DNA from: Veleropilina oligotropha
Lineage: Eukaryota
DNA length: 64,000 nt
NCBI GenBank assembly: GCA_048128005.1
Contig: JBEUKZ010000102.1
Coordinates: 1-64,000 of the forward strand
Reading direction: 5' to 3'
Notes under the pieces: generated by a model
Told to the model about the DNA's origin: nothing
Databases searched by the model: none
What the model saw: only the letters and a program-made list of their open reading frames with translations
Shown here: piece after piece, positions 21,618 through 35,132 of the stretch
Layout of the letters: every line of letters begins with the position of its first letter
How positions within the stretch are numbered: the stretch's first letter is position 1
Position numbers and translations under genes: made by a program

Positions 21618-24600
21618 ATGCCTGTATTTTATAACATTGACAAATGGGTTAAAGAAAATGAGAAGTATTTTCTGCCTCCTGTGTGCAACAAAATGATGTA
21701 AGTAATTTAATTATCTATGCTGTTTTCATGCAGTCTTTTAACCCCTTTTCTCCAAGTTCACCTACCCTGACTTAAAATAGAACGTTATAATAGTATGCAA
21801 GTACTTTTAACATGCAAGTTGAAGCATATATATTCGTATGCATGCATATGTAATAGACAATATATACACTGACAGCACGAGGGATGTCTAGCATATAATG
21901 CCTTGAGCGTCAGAGAGAGGCTTTATGTTGATATCGCCGAGGGGTGTCAGTGTATTATCTGTCATACACACCATGAAAATTTATGCTAAATTACATGCTT
22001 TAACCATATAAAAAATGGAATTGCCCAACATAACATGCCCATGAGCTTAATATGAGAGTCGACTCTTCCATTGGCAACTTGTCAAATCCTTTGTCACTGG
22101 CCAGCTACCATAATAACTCATTGTTGGGGTTGTTAACTGGAACAATGGAGTGCTAGAACTATGAGTCCTAATGTTCAGATATCACGCTCATGGTACACAT
22201 GTATGTACTATACATCACGAGTGCCTGTCAATTTGATTAAGACCGCTCCAACAGTCGTGTGGTTTCAGTTGCAAACTCCGAAAATCACTAGCTTGATTCC
22301 GCTGACTCGAACAGTAGTGGGTTCGAATCTCGATTTGGACATGACATTATTTGTTCAGTTATTAATCACAGTTGTCCGTAACTGGTCAAAGAGGGTGGTT
22401 CCCCAGGCTTTCCTTCCGTGATAATATGGACATGCCATGCTTTGAATATGATGGTTGTAAATATACGGGACATTAAGCATCGATCCTTTCCCATTTGAGT
22501 GCATGAATGTGTATATGTATTAGTTATTTATATACTGTTGTGTGTACTACTTATTGTGCATACAATAATATTTATGTATTAACTTGAAACATAAATATTA
22601 TTGTATGCACATGTATATATCATTATGGATTAGTGTATCCATATAGGGTATGTTTTGCGACTTATATGTGATGGGTTTTCTACGAAGCAGACGTGCATCA
22701 GCAAATGATTTTGATTTAAATACAAAATACTTTCATCGAACTATGGATATTGCTTGACTGCGTATATAAATTTTACAATGTGGAAGCCTTTTCGTTTGGC
22801 ATCTCTACATGGTCGCGGTTATTACGTTCGATCTACCATCTTTTTCTAATGTATTCACAGTATCAGATTCTTTTCAGGCAGGTTATATAACTATAAATAT
22901 TACAAATATACGCTATATTTCAGGCACAACGATGGCCAGTTGAAGGTGTTTTATGTTGGTGGCCCAAATCAGAGAAAAGATTATCACATTGAAATGGGAG
23001 AGGAGGTAATTTATAATCATGTCTGCTTTTTCGAGGAAAGTGTAATGTATCATGGATTGGATTGGATTGGATTGTTTGGTGCTTAATATCCTGTATATTT
23101 ACAACCTTTAGATTCAAGGCAGGACATGCCCATATTATCACTGGAGGAAAGCACGGCCACCCGGAGAAACCAACCCTCTTCGATCAGTTACGAACAACTT
23201 TGATTCATAACAGAACAAATTTGCCAATGTCCCAACCGAGTTTGAACCCAATATTGTTCGTCAGCGGAATCAAGCCAGTGAGTTCAGAGTCAACACTCGA
23301 GACCACACGACTACAGGGGCGGCCCTGTAATGTGTCATGGTACATTAGAGTAAGTGGGTCACCCAGTGGTGTGTAATGGATAATAGCTTGGCTCACCATT
23401 CTCTCGCCCGACTGCTGTAATTTACAGGAATGGGTTCGCATTCTCCACCTGGGCACGTTGTGGAGGTACATGTAACAGTCACTGTTGTTCATAACTGTCT
23501 GGCGATGATATGTTTTCCCATTCGACCGAAGTTTCCTCCAGCGATAATATGGGCATGTCTTGGTATGACCCTGAAGAGTGCTAGAAAATCTGTGCCAAGA
23601 GTGCTAAGAAATAACATTGCGAAAATAGCTTTGAGGGAGAAATCAAGATATTCCGGTAGGAATTTGTCATTTCGGGAGATTTCTGTCATTTCGGGAGTAG
23701 GCCATTTTGGGGGTGCCGATTTCGGGAGAATTATACTCCCGGCGGGAAGTATCACATGTATGAAAATGTAACGTTTGAAATTAAACCAAATCAAATCAAA
23801 TCACTTCATTGAGCTCGCATTCTTGACTGGGCAATTTGCGCAGTGAACAGTCCCAGTTGCCCTACTCTTTTCAGCCAAGGACAACAAATAATGTTGAATG
23901 CACCTGTTCTCGTCAGATCAGAGGCCGCTTCGACAGCCGTGTGGGTTCGATCGCAGATTCCGAAAATCACTGGCTTGATTCCAATAACGCGAACAATAGT
24001 GTATTCAAACCTCGGCAGGGATATCACACAGTTGTTCAAGTTATGAATCACAGTTGTCCGTAACTGGTCAGAGAGGGCGGGTTTCCCCGGGCGACCGGGC
24101 TTTTCTCCCGCGATAATATGGACATGTCCTGCTTTGAACCAAATGATGGTTGGAAATATACAGGACATTAAGCATCGATCCTTTTCTCGTCAGATCACAA
24201 GTTCGGCAACGTTGAACCGGTCAGTGTTTGATCAAAGTCAAAACTGTGTTGAGACTGAAGAAATGTTGAAGTGGTCATAAAACATGCAACTAATAAGGCC
24301 TACCATTTTCAGTTGTTTTACATGAGAAATGGTGACATGGTGTTGAAGGTGCTGGAGAAAGGAGTCCACAAAGATATCCACATACGGGAGGGCGAGGTAG
24401 GAACCGGGATGTCTGCCACATACGGGAGGGCGAGGTAGGAACCGGGATATCCACATATGGGAGGGCGAGGTAGGTACCGGGATATCTGCCACATACGGGA
24501 GGGCGAGGTAGGAACCGGGATATCTGCCACATACGGGAGGGCGAGGTAGGAACCGGGATATCTGCCACATACGGGAGGGCGAGGTAGGAACCACGATATC

Positions 24601-27600
24601 TGGTCTAGTGGTCACAAGTTTATTGTTCAAAATATGTTTAATTTCACACCTTATATGATCTAATTTAATTATTGATATTCATGCCATTTTTAACCATTTT
24701 GCTGTTTGTAATTGTATTTGTAGCGGATCATCCCGCACATAAACGAAAGCAACAGGTTTAATTTCTGTTCATCTTTAAAGCATTTGTTGATCTTGGCTAT
24801 CATAGTTATGAACATAAATATGAGAAAAGCAAAGTAGGATTCTTGTGATTGACTCAAATGAAAACATGCAAAATCAAGTTAATTGTGCATTATTTCTTTT
24901 AGGGTAGTTTCAATATTTGAGACACCCTGTGAACGTTTCTGTGCAATCAGACGCTGTCTTCAGGGTCTTGAGGGGATGTTAGTATTGTTTGCATTATAAT
25001 GTTATCCAGTGGTCAATCATCCAAGTGCATTCTGCGCTCACTTGTGGATAACTTATGTAGCTACTGCAAATCAATGCTGTCTGGTGTGATAAATTCACCT
25101 TCGACAATTACAATATCTGTTCTTATTGACACTGTGACAAAATTCAATGAACTTCTGCTTTAATATGTTTAAAACTGTGTTGTTAATTATAAAATCTTCT
25201 TATCATAATTCAGATATTTTTACTGCCTGGGAGAATCCCACATTCTCCGCAAAGACAGGCTAACACCATTGGACTTGTGTTTGAGAGAGAACGGCATGAA
25301 ACCGAGAGAGATGGTCTCAGGTACTGATAATCATGAGAACGTTTGTGCAATCGAATTACTGTACTATACTTAATGCATGCAATTGTAAATCTCAAATGCA
25401 GATATAGTAAAATTCCCCAAGTGTATTATCGAGATTGTGGAGAGTTTTAAGACAAAACTAGGTCTTAGGTCTCATATGGACTAGAACAAGCCAGCTCACT
25501 CACTCCCCGCGGTGTTTATCCCAGAATTGGGCCTACCGCATATTTCTACAGATACAGCAAACACTCATTCTTCAGGACAAAACAAATATTTGTAACAGTT
25601 TTGATTGAATAAAGATATACCTCTATTTTATACTAATTAAAAGCTTAAGTAAAATTCTTTCGTTGAACGATGTAAATCTTGTTCAATGGGAGGTCTGTTG
25701 TAGAATTTGTGAAAATGATAAGTTTGGATCCCCTTGTAACTCAGGAGAGATCATTTAGCAGTCTGACAGTTAACTTAGGGTGCCTTTTTATAGTGAGATT
25801 CCTCTAAGTAAATTTTGAAATACAATCTTGATTCTGTGCATACTGCTTTGTTGCTGACAGTGTTTCAGCATTTAATGCAATACAAGAGTTTTTAGAGTAT
25901 TTAAAATAGATATTATTTTTCAGATATTTTGTTGAGATTGAAAATAAGCCAACGACTGATTCGCTTTTCGAGCGGTGGTTTCACTGTGTGGACCTTGGAG
26001 TTCAATTGGGACCGGTTATCAAAGAGTAAGTTTCCCGTATAAATTAATGGATTAAAAATTTGAATTTGCAATGTATGATGGCACTGTAGCCTAAATTGAG
26101 ATCACCACCAATCACTTATATCAGCAGAGTCAATGACACAATACATCGGCAAACAAATGTTTGCCATTGCCATAAAATCAATGTCCGAAAGGTTGCCGCA
26201 ATTCAATATTATTGAGCATGAGAGACAACTCTGCACATCTTATATTATATTTAGACTAAATCTTGTATTGATTTTCGTTTTTAAAAGTTATGAATATGCA
26301 AAATGTGGTTAAGGACATTTCAAAGTCTGAATGGCCTTGTGTGATGAACATCATCTCCTTTATTAGTTTTCACCCTGCTCTACAGTGTTAAGCGCCAACC
26401 CTTTGCGTCGAGCTCCTTTCTGAAGGAGAACTAGATTTTGAACCGGCAGTTGTCATCACATACAATGGGAAATAGACTCAGATTTACAGGCTTGAAATAA
26501 AGGAGGGTGATGACGGGTCCAATACTGACAGATATTTATCGCAGGAATCGCTTGGCATGGTGTTTGGCGAGACGTGGATAGAACCTGAGGACATGGCTAA
26601 AGCATCACTGGTTGGGTGAAAGCAGATTATTGTTGCAGGTCACAGATGAAGGTATATGGGTCTGGAGGCACCGAAATACACAGCATAAATACCAAGGAAC
26701 ATTCACCTGGGTCCACCCCCCTTTAGCAGTAAACTACACCAATGGTAAATGGATCCAAAGAATTGAACCCTTGTGAAGGAAACAACTTTTCAAGCCACTG
26801 TAAAGCAAAGAAAAATTCTCAATGTCAGGTACAAAAATGTTTATCTCGTTTCTTTGCAGGTTCTTTGCATCTGAACAATGCAGAACTGGAATACCAATTC
26901 CAGGTAAAGTTTTGCATAACTTAAGGAAGAATGATTTGTCTGATATCCCAATCCATTTACTGCTAGGGGCTAATATATCCAATCACAGCAATGTAAGCTT
27001 GCATGATGTACTGGCATTGTGTTCTAGCCTTTTTTGATTGATTAAAAAAGTAGTACGGTCCAATTAATGATTATGTTTTCTTATTCAGAATAAATACATA
27101 TCATCATTTGACGAGGACATTAAATTTATTACATGGTTTCCTATGGATGGGGGGAGAAATGGGGCAGGGTATGTGGGGGGGGAGAGGGGGGGGGGAATGG
27201 GGGATTTCAGCAAATTCACCCGTTTGTAAACGGGTGTGCCTGCTAGTTGGTTAGAATAGACCATTTGTTGAAATCTTGCCAAGCTGCATTTATCAATGTA
27301 ACTGATAATCCTATTGCATTAAATGAGTCAATATAAATGAAATGTTGGAACAAGTGAGTGTATATTTTGTTAAAATGCGTAACATTCAATTGGAGAAAGA
27401 TGTTAAACCTACAAGTTTCAGCCTGATGAATTTCCGTATGACAATCGGAGGAGGAATGATGCTTAATGTCCTGTATATTTATAACATCGAGGTTCAAGGC
27501 AGGACATGTACATGTTATCGCGGGAGGAAACCCCGGTCGCCCGGGTAAACCCGCCCTCTTCGGCCAGTCACGGACAACTGTGATTCATAACTTGAACAAA

Positions 27601-30600
27601 TGTCAATGCCTCAGCCAGGTATTGAACCCACTACTGTTCGCATTAGCGGAATCAAGCCAGTGAAGTTAGAGTGGACACTCTACCCACTGCGCTGCCGAAG
27701 CGGCCTGTATGACAATCAAAGGTGATTATACCAGAATGTGATTATAAATAACAAGGATGCTAAATGTCCTGTTTGCTGTAGTGTACCAATATACATATAA
27801 ATGTATTAATTCTGTATACCATCCATAATATTATATTTTGTATGCAGAAGATCTACCGGAGACGGTTCCATTTGAGTTGGACACAGAGGTATCCCTGGAT
27901 GCTCCGTTTAACCTGCATACCTGGATCAATGATCATCGTGAGGAGATAAAGAGGAGCGGAAAGATTTGTCTGTTTGGTAATGGAAGTCAGTTTCAGGTGC
28001 GTATATGTCGCCATGCAACCACATGTAATCATATCTAGTTTCCTTTTGAAATAACCATGAAGGATTAATAACAACTCACAATTTCATTAATACCATGAAT
28101 TTCGACTTTTACATTATTTGATTTGATTTCTGAGACCTGATTTTCCATATTCATGTTAGTTTAAAAGTGAATATTGGCGTTTCTGTTATTAATTGGCATT
28201 TCATCGACATTTTTCAATATTAGGCACATATTCTATATCGTTCTTGTAATTTTCAACATATCATAGCGATCTTCCTTGAATCAATGAAGAACAACAGTGA
28301 ATAGATTGCTGACACATTGATATCATAATATGGAGCTCCTTTATAATTTATGTTCATAGCATTAATTTTTGTTTACTTTTTAGGTTGATATTATCGGCAA
28401 AGGCGAAACATCTGGTTGCAGTGCACATGCAGAAACCTTCATTTGGCAAATTGTACGTAGCATATCTAGTTTTATTTGATTTTAATTGAAGTATATTTGT
28501 TGTTGTTGGGATTATTTTGAAATGTTTTCATATTATCATGAGAGGAAGACGATACTATCACCTATCCATTAATTTAATTTACTAGGTTTACTTTAACATA
28601 TAAAATAATTATCGAGTTATTCCACGGACCATGACTAGAGGATTGCACAACAATGATTTAAATTTTGTGTTAACAACAGTGTTCAACATACAACATGGGC
28701 CAGATTATGTGAACAACAGGCCTCCTAGTGTTAATTGACCCATTGTTCCAAGACAATGGTTAACTGTGCTAGCTGGTCAAACTATATTGAGAGATAATAT
28801 ATTTGACAAGTTGCCAATGAAACAGTTCACTCTCATATCAAGCTCTAGAAGGCGATATGGTGGGCAATTGAATGTTTTAAGAGGCTATGGCTTGCAATTT
28901 ACAATAGATTTCCACGGTGTGTATAACAGATAATACAGCTGCCACCCCTCGACGTTATTAAGCTTAACAGCCTCGCTGTGGCTCGGTCTGTTAATTGCTT
29001 AAAACGCTCAGGCTGACAGTATATTATCTATTACATAATTTATAACAGGTGACAGTTGTACAGCATCAATATTCTGTTTATTATTATTGCTTATTGCATT
29101 CATAATATGTATCATTGATGTCTCTCCTGTATATTCTTGTGTACATTGTACTGTAATATTAGTTATAGTTTGTACTGCGCTTAGAGCTACACTAGAATAG
29201 GCGCATTATAAATGTATTAAATAATAATAATAATAATAATTGTTTACAGGAAGGATCTTCTACAGTAACTGCTGAAGGTGCAAAACATGATATGAATGAA
29301 ACAGATACCCTGCTCATCGAAACTGGTCAGAAGTACGTAATGCAGTAGCAAATATATTCAAGAAATTCAAATCAAATTTCAAACACAGACTGTCAACATT
29401 TGAGTATATCAAACGGAGATATTAATATAATCATTGGAAAAGCATGATAATTAATTTAATTTTTTATTGCAACATTGCTTAGTACCAGTGTAAAAGGAAG
29501 TCCTCCCCCCCTGAATATTCTCCTGGGGGGGGGGGGGGGGGAGGGGGGAGTAATTCTAGGAAATCCCCCCCCCCCCACTATGAAGTGTAATATTCAACAT
29601 TTCATCAGTTGCATACTTTTACATTTAGGTTGCCACACCAGTAGTCCAGTGGACAAGAGTGTGGGCCCTCGATTTAATCCCTTGACTGCTGTGTCGTGCA
29701 GCATTGTGTTTGAATCCTTGCCTGAGCACTTCGTTCATTTAACAGTCTTCTGTGATAATATGGGTACCTCCTGGTATGACCAGGCAGTTTGCTAAAACGG
29801 GACAGTTACGAACAACTGAGATTAGTAACTGAACAAAGAATGTCTATGCCCCATTAGCCCAACCGAGATTCGAAAGCACGCCAGTTAATCAGAGCAGTCA
29901 AGTCAGTGATTTAAAGTGATGTAAAAGGTAGATAGAAATAAATGTATACAGCATACCAGTCAATAATATTAAGTCAACTAGATCACAGTCTTGTTGCTTC
30001 ATAGATAAATCTGCAAAAGTTTTTAATCTTTGTGGCTTTTGCTGCTCATCAATTGTTTGAATTTATTTATTGATGCCCAGCGGATTTTCTTCTCAATTGT
30101 TTATAAACAGGACATATAGCAGAAAATGGTATTTGTCTTCGAAAATCTGCATAATTGTACACAATTTACATATTCTTTGTTGTCTGGGTATATTTCTAAA
30201 TCTACCAATGTCTATTTCCAGCCGGTGTGCACTGCACCTGAAAGGCATTAATTTATCTGATTAAATAATGTCTCTATTTATCGTCACGTATGTTCAGATA
30301 ATCCTCATATTTAAGCTCAGTTTTATGCAATCTGTATTTCAAAATTAATTGCTTTCCTCTATTGAAAAATGCCAATTTTGGATATATATATAAGTTATTT
30401 TTTGGTACATGTATATTATATGTAATGGAACAAAGAAATTATCTCGATCTTGTGTTAACTACAATCGTCTGAGATCAATTTCATTTAAGATATTTATAGA
30501 AGTAGCGTGGAAATTATTTGAGTGGGTTGTATTTGCAATATGTAAGCTATTTGGTGTAACAAGTTTCTATCATTTAATACTTTTGTCCAGTAGGCAGTTA

Positions 30601-32898
30601 CTTTTAATTTGCAGGTAATACTAAGAGGGAGTTTTGGTTGCAGACTCTGCCTCTGACTCGATTCTGCTAACACAAACAGTAGTGTGTTCGAATCTCGGTT
30701 GGGATATTGGCATTATTTATTCAGTCATAAATCACAGTTGTCCGTAACTGGTAGGAGAGGATGGGTTTCCCCTGGCGGCCGAGCTTTCCTTCCGCGACGA
30801 TATGGACATGTTCTGCTTTAATTGAACCTGATGGCTGTAAATATACAGGACATTAAACATTGATACAATCCAATCCAAAATTACTCATTATCAATGATCG
30901 GCACAATTGTACGATCTGACAAAGTTGAAATGCTTTCCTAATTCGACTAAATTTAACTCGCAATAAATTTTCAGGAATGGTAGATCATAATATCATTGTA
31001 AATTATGTGACTGTACTTGTAAACAAAGATTTAATTTAAATATTGCAACCTCGCAAGCATTTTAACTTCGGTGCAGAAATAAGTTCCTTTTAGACAAAAA
31101 AATAATCCATAGTGCAGTTGATTATGTCTGCTGCTGTCACTTGTTAAAATTTGAGATGCCTGCTGTCAGTGGTTACCGCGATTGAGCTCGATGAACAAAT
31201 ATAGTTTTAAAAAGTGAGGTGTTTAGTGCCATTATTGTACTATTCACATTTATAATTTAACGAGAACGTCGAAGCCGATATGACTCGCATGACATATTAC
31301 ATAATTCTATAGTAGCCATACATTAATTAAAACATCTGGAGTTCTTGGAAGCAATCACAGTAATATAAATATAATATTCTAGGACCTTGGATTAATCATG
31401 AAGAAACCAAATATTTAAATTATATTCAACATTACTACTAGTGTAGTATTGTGCAACATGGGAAAAGCCAACCTACACTAAAATTATGATAGAGAGAGCA
31501 CAGGGTTGCCTATATAGCATGATTGAAAAACTTTAACATTCACTGCGGACGGCTGGGATACATCATCATTACATAGGCTCGCATCTACGTTGCATGTGAG
31601 CCAAAAATCAAAGGGTTAAACTTGATGAACAAACTGAATGTGCATATCTTGGTTCTTGAATATTAACGTTAGGCACACATTTTTTCTACTTGTTAATATC
31701 AGTGGGGGGGGGGGAGTTTTTCCATGGTGGGGGGAGAATTTCCTAGGAAATACTCTCCCGCGGGGGGAGGGGGGGGGGGATTATTTCGTAGGAAATCCTC
31801 CACCAGGGGGGGGGGGGGGGGGATTTCCTAGGAATTTCTCACCTGGGGGAATTCCTGGTACACCGGACCTAATAGTGGCATTGTTTTCCTCTTCTTAAAT
31901 AATATGACATGTCGTTGCTATGCTAAACAAGATATTTAGCTGCTAGGAATGAAAATTTGCTCTTTTAAACCATGCACTATTTTCATATTTTGAAGATACA
32001 TCTGTGTTATTAATGTAAATATTTTGTATATTACTACAGAACTTTTAGTTTGCATATTTTCCAGAGTTTATCACCATTCGGTGTCATATCATGATGCTCA
32101 TATTATCATGTGAGATAACATCATTATCATGGGGATATAATGTCAATAACATGTGAGATAACATCATTATCACGGGAGATAACATTATTATCATGCGAGA
32201 TAACATCATTATCACAAGAGATATCATGGGAGATAACATCACTATCACAGGGATATAATGGCATTATCACAGGAGATAACATCATTATCATGGGGATATG
32301 TCATTATCATGAGAGATATCCTATCACAGGAGATAACATCATTATCATGGGAGATAACATTATTATCATGGGAGATAACATCATTATCATGGGAGATAAC
32401 ATCATTATCATGGGAGATAACATCATTATCATGGGAGATAACATCATTATCATGGGAGATAACATCATTATCACAGGAGATAACATCATTATCATGGGAG
32501 ATAACATCATTCTCACGGGAGATAACATCATTAGGATATTCTGCTTGCACCGACCAGTTATTGACAACTGTGACAACACAGCGCCCAGCAGATGATTTGT
32601 ACCCACTCCTGTTGTTCAGAGCAGTCGAGCGAGCAAATTTTAGTATTAGTTTTACATATTAGTATATTTACCATAAATTTTATAGGGCAATTGTAGGGAT
32701 GTTTATTGCCAAGCTTCACGTTATGACGAATGTAAAATTGAAACTGCTTGTGTTTATTCGATTTACATGATTGCCTAGCATAATACACTTCACCCAGTTG
32801 CCCTCATTCCAAGTTTCATTTGTACTTCCAGGTATTCAATGATTGGTCAGCCAGACTGTGTTGCCATGGTGATAGTCCAAGAGCCACTGGTGAAATAA
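21618..32898 (+). CDS. HAAO: 3-hydroxyanthranilate 3,4-dioxygenase, 10 coding exons
   Basis: GT-AG exons: 21618-21697, 22924-23005, 24313-24396, 25214-25320, 25924-26025, 26860-26903, 27848-27996, 28384-28452, 29250-29332, 32832-32898. Splice phases are consistent. Translation includes [40 protein letters not shown] and [11 protein letters not shown], all hallmark HAAO motifs. Confidence 0.95.
22241..22488 (+). mobile_element. tRNA-derived SINE, family A
   Basis: B-box-like GGTTCGAATC; shared body CACAGTTGTCCGTAACTGG...GGACATTAAGCATCGATCC. Confidence 0.7.
23059..23324 (-). mobile_element. SINE family A copy
   Basis: Reverse-complement match to the other copies; (ATCCA)n tail. Confidence 0.7.
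23923..24186 (+). mobile_element. SINE family A copy
   Basis: GGCCGCTTCGACAGCCGTGTGGG head and conserved body. Confidence 0.75.
24373..24600 (+). repeat. 35/38-bp minisatellite (6 copies) duplicating the HAAO exon-3 end and its splice donor
   Basis: Unit GATATC(TG)CCACATACGGGAGGGCGAG|GTAGGAACCGG. Confidence 0.92.
27447..27705 (-). mobile_element. SINE family A copy
   Basis: Nearly identical to the copy at 33420-33675. Confidence 0.75.
30640..30878 (+). mobile_element. SINE family A copy (5'-degenerate)
   Basis: Same body and ATCCAATCC tail. Confidence 0.6.
32100..32533. repeat. 21-bp minisatellite (ATCATGGGAGATAACATCATT)n in HAAO intron 9
   Basis: About 20 copies; explains the GDNIIIM/EITSLSW repeat ORFs. 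Confidence 0.95.
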
Positions 32899-33419
32899 GC
32901 CAATCGGATTCAGATTTGAATCAGTTATTCCTATGCAGCTATTCATAACAATACGTACCAAATGCATTTATGTTATCCATCTATAGTCAGCATTGCAAAT
33001 ACTGGATAAAAATGATTTATATACATGCCTGTATCAATGGGACGCCTTATGTCTGTAGCAACCAGGTGATATAACAATACCGCAAATTTATTGTAATTAA
33101 TGCAATTTTTTATGTAATTAATGTATATTTTAATGATATTAAATGCTTTAAAATGTCTTAGTTTTTTTATCTATTCATTATGTTCAGTGACAAGTTTTGT
33201 TTTTTAGGATTCTATTGTCGAAGCAAACTGCCCTGGTTGTATTTAAGACATTTAAGAAGGAAAGCCAAAGATCCCATCTAACAATGACATAGTCTGAATT
33301 GAATCTGTACACATTTTGCCTTGAAATTGTCTCTGCTGTGGCGCTAGTTAAGAGATAAAGTAAAATTTAATTTCAAAAATAAGTCATCTGAGGCTTATAT
33401 CCATTACATAAAGATTCTG

Positions 33420-33675
33420 AGGAGGATTGATGCTTAATGTCCTGTATTGTTACAACATCGAGGTTCAAGACAGGACAAGTCCGTGTTATCGCGGGAAGAA
33501 ACCCCGGTCGCCCGGGTACACCCGCCCTCTTCGGCCAGTCACGGACAACCGTGATTCATAACTTGAAAAATGTCAATGCCTCAGCCAGGTATTGAACCCA
33601 CTACTGTTCGCATTAGCGGAATCAAGCCAGTGAATTTAGAGTGGACACTCTACCCACTGCGCTGCCGAAGCGGCC
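33420..33675 (-). mobile_element. SINE family A copy
   Basis: Matches 27447-27705. Confidence 0.75.
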
Positions 33676-34899
33676 CATAAAGATTCTGAAAGTCTATGTT
33701 CCGACTTGAATATTACTGCAAAAAGTGTTAAAATATTGGTAAAGAAGACAGAAGAGAAATATTCCCCGTAATGATATATTCAGAATATATACTCAGAAAA
33801 AGACAACACCAAAGTAATTTCGGCGGTTTATGATACATTATAGGAAAGATAAATTTGAAACAAGGGCATTAACTCTGTCAATAATTACCGTGCATCATCA
33901 AAATTAGCAGGTAGCGGGTAGCGCCGTGACTGACATAACTGCCAACCAGTTACCCATTGTCAAAGCAAACATTTTCATGGATTTAATATGATAATCTCAT
34001 TATTAATGCTAATTAAAACAAGACCATTTTCACTAAATTTTATTGCCTTCAAGAATCAGATAGATAATATTCATGTAAAACGCTGGTCCATAAATTAAAA
34101 AATGTTAAAATAAAAGTAATTCAACATAATAAGTTGAATACACTACTGCATTGACTGAGCTGAAAAATCAAAATGGAAAACAACAGCATGCATGTAAGAA
34201 TTATGAAAAAATACAAACTTACAAAAATTATCTATGTTTAAGTGAAGAATGGAAATTAATGGTGAATCTTCGACAGAGTTTGGTGAATATAAATGTAATG
34301 GTGAATTCCATATTATCTAGAATAGAATACATGGAATACCATTACCTGGTGACAACCCCTGCTTCGGCCATTATGGACTGAAAGTGATTAAATAACGGCT
34401 CCAAACCGTCGTCACTCGGCCGTGAAGAGTCTCAAAATAAGCGCTTGGTGAATTGAGAGCCGACCTCTTATCTCGATGCCACTGCATGGTGGCCATTTTC
34501 AGTTATGTTTTTAATAATATGTTGAAGTTACACAAATGAAAGTACATCGAAATATCATATAGAGCAATGACAAATATGCAATGATGTTTAACTCTGTAAT
34601 GGTTATAGACTCCTGTTACTGACATCACAAGTAACATCCAGTGATTTAAAAATAACGATAAATATATCAAATACAACAAAATCTTGTCAATGCATATTGC
34701 ACATTAGCACAAATATCATCTTCATCACTGTTCTCGTACCATATGCATTAAATGCTTTTGTTCATTTAGCAGATCATCATATTAATCAATCGTTAACTGA
34801 CTATGTGCAATTCCACCCCGTCTGTTTATAATAGATTACCCTGTCTAATGTAACGAGCCTCTTCGTTGGTTTCCTGGCCTTCCAGTGGCAGAGCGAGCC

Positions 34900-35132
34900 G
34901 GCCGCACAGGTAGCCGAGGTAATAAAACCGCAGACTGTATTAACTCCCCTGACTGCTCGTTCTAACAGGAGTAGGTTCAAACCACGATTGAGGCAATGGC
35001 ATTGTTTGTTCAGTTACCATTCACAGCTGTTCATACCTGGCTCGTGAGGATGGGTTTTCCCGGGCGACCGTTCTTTCCCGGTATGAACCCGAGTCGTTAA
35101 AAACAGGTTATTTAAGCATCGATCTAAATCCA
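34900..35132 (+). mobile_element. SINE family A copy (diverged)
   Basis: GGTTCAAACC B-box-like motif and TTAAGCATCGATC 3' end. Confidence 0.55.

Noticed and set aside
24238..24630. CRISPR-like appearance and repeat ORFs of the 35/38-bp array
   Set aside because: Head-to-tail tandem repeat without unique spacers, eukaryotic context and no cas genes.
27600..27705. tRNA gene
   Set aside because: The tRNA-like head is attached to a repeated ~260-bp body present about ten times, so it is a SINE.
32140..32662. Repeat-protein ORFs (GDNIIIM)n and others
   Set aside because: A 21-bp intronic minisatellite open in several frames; no splice support.
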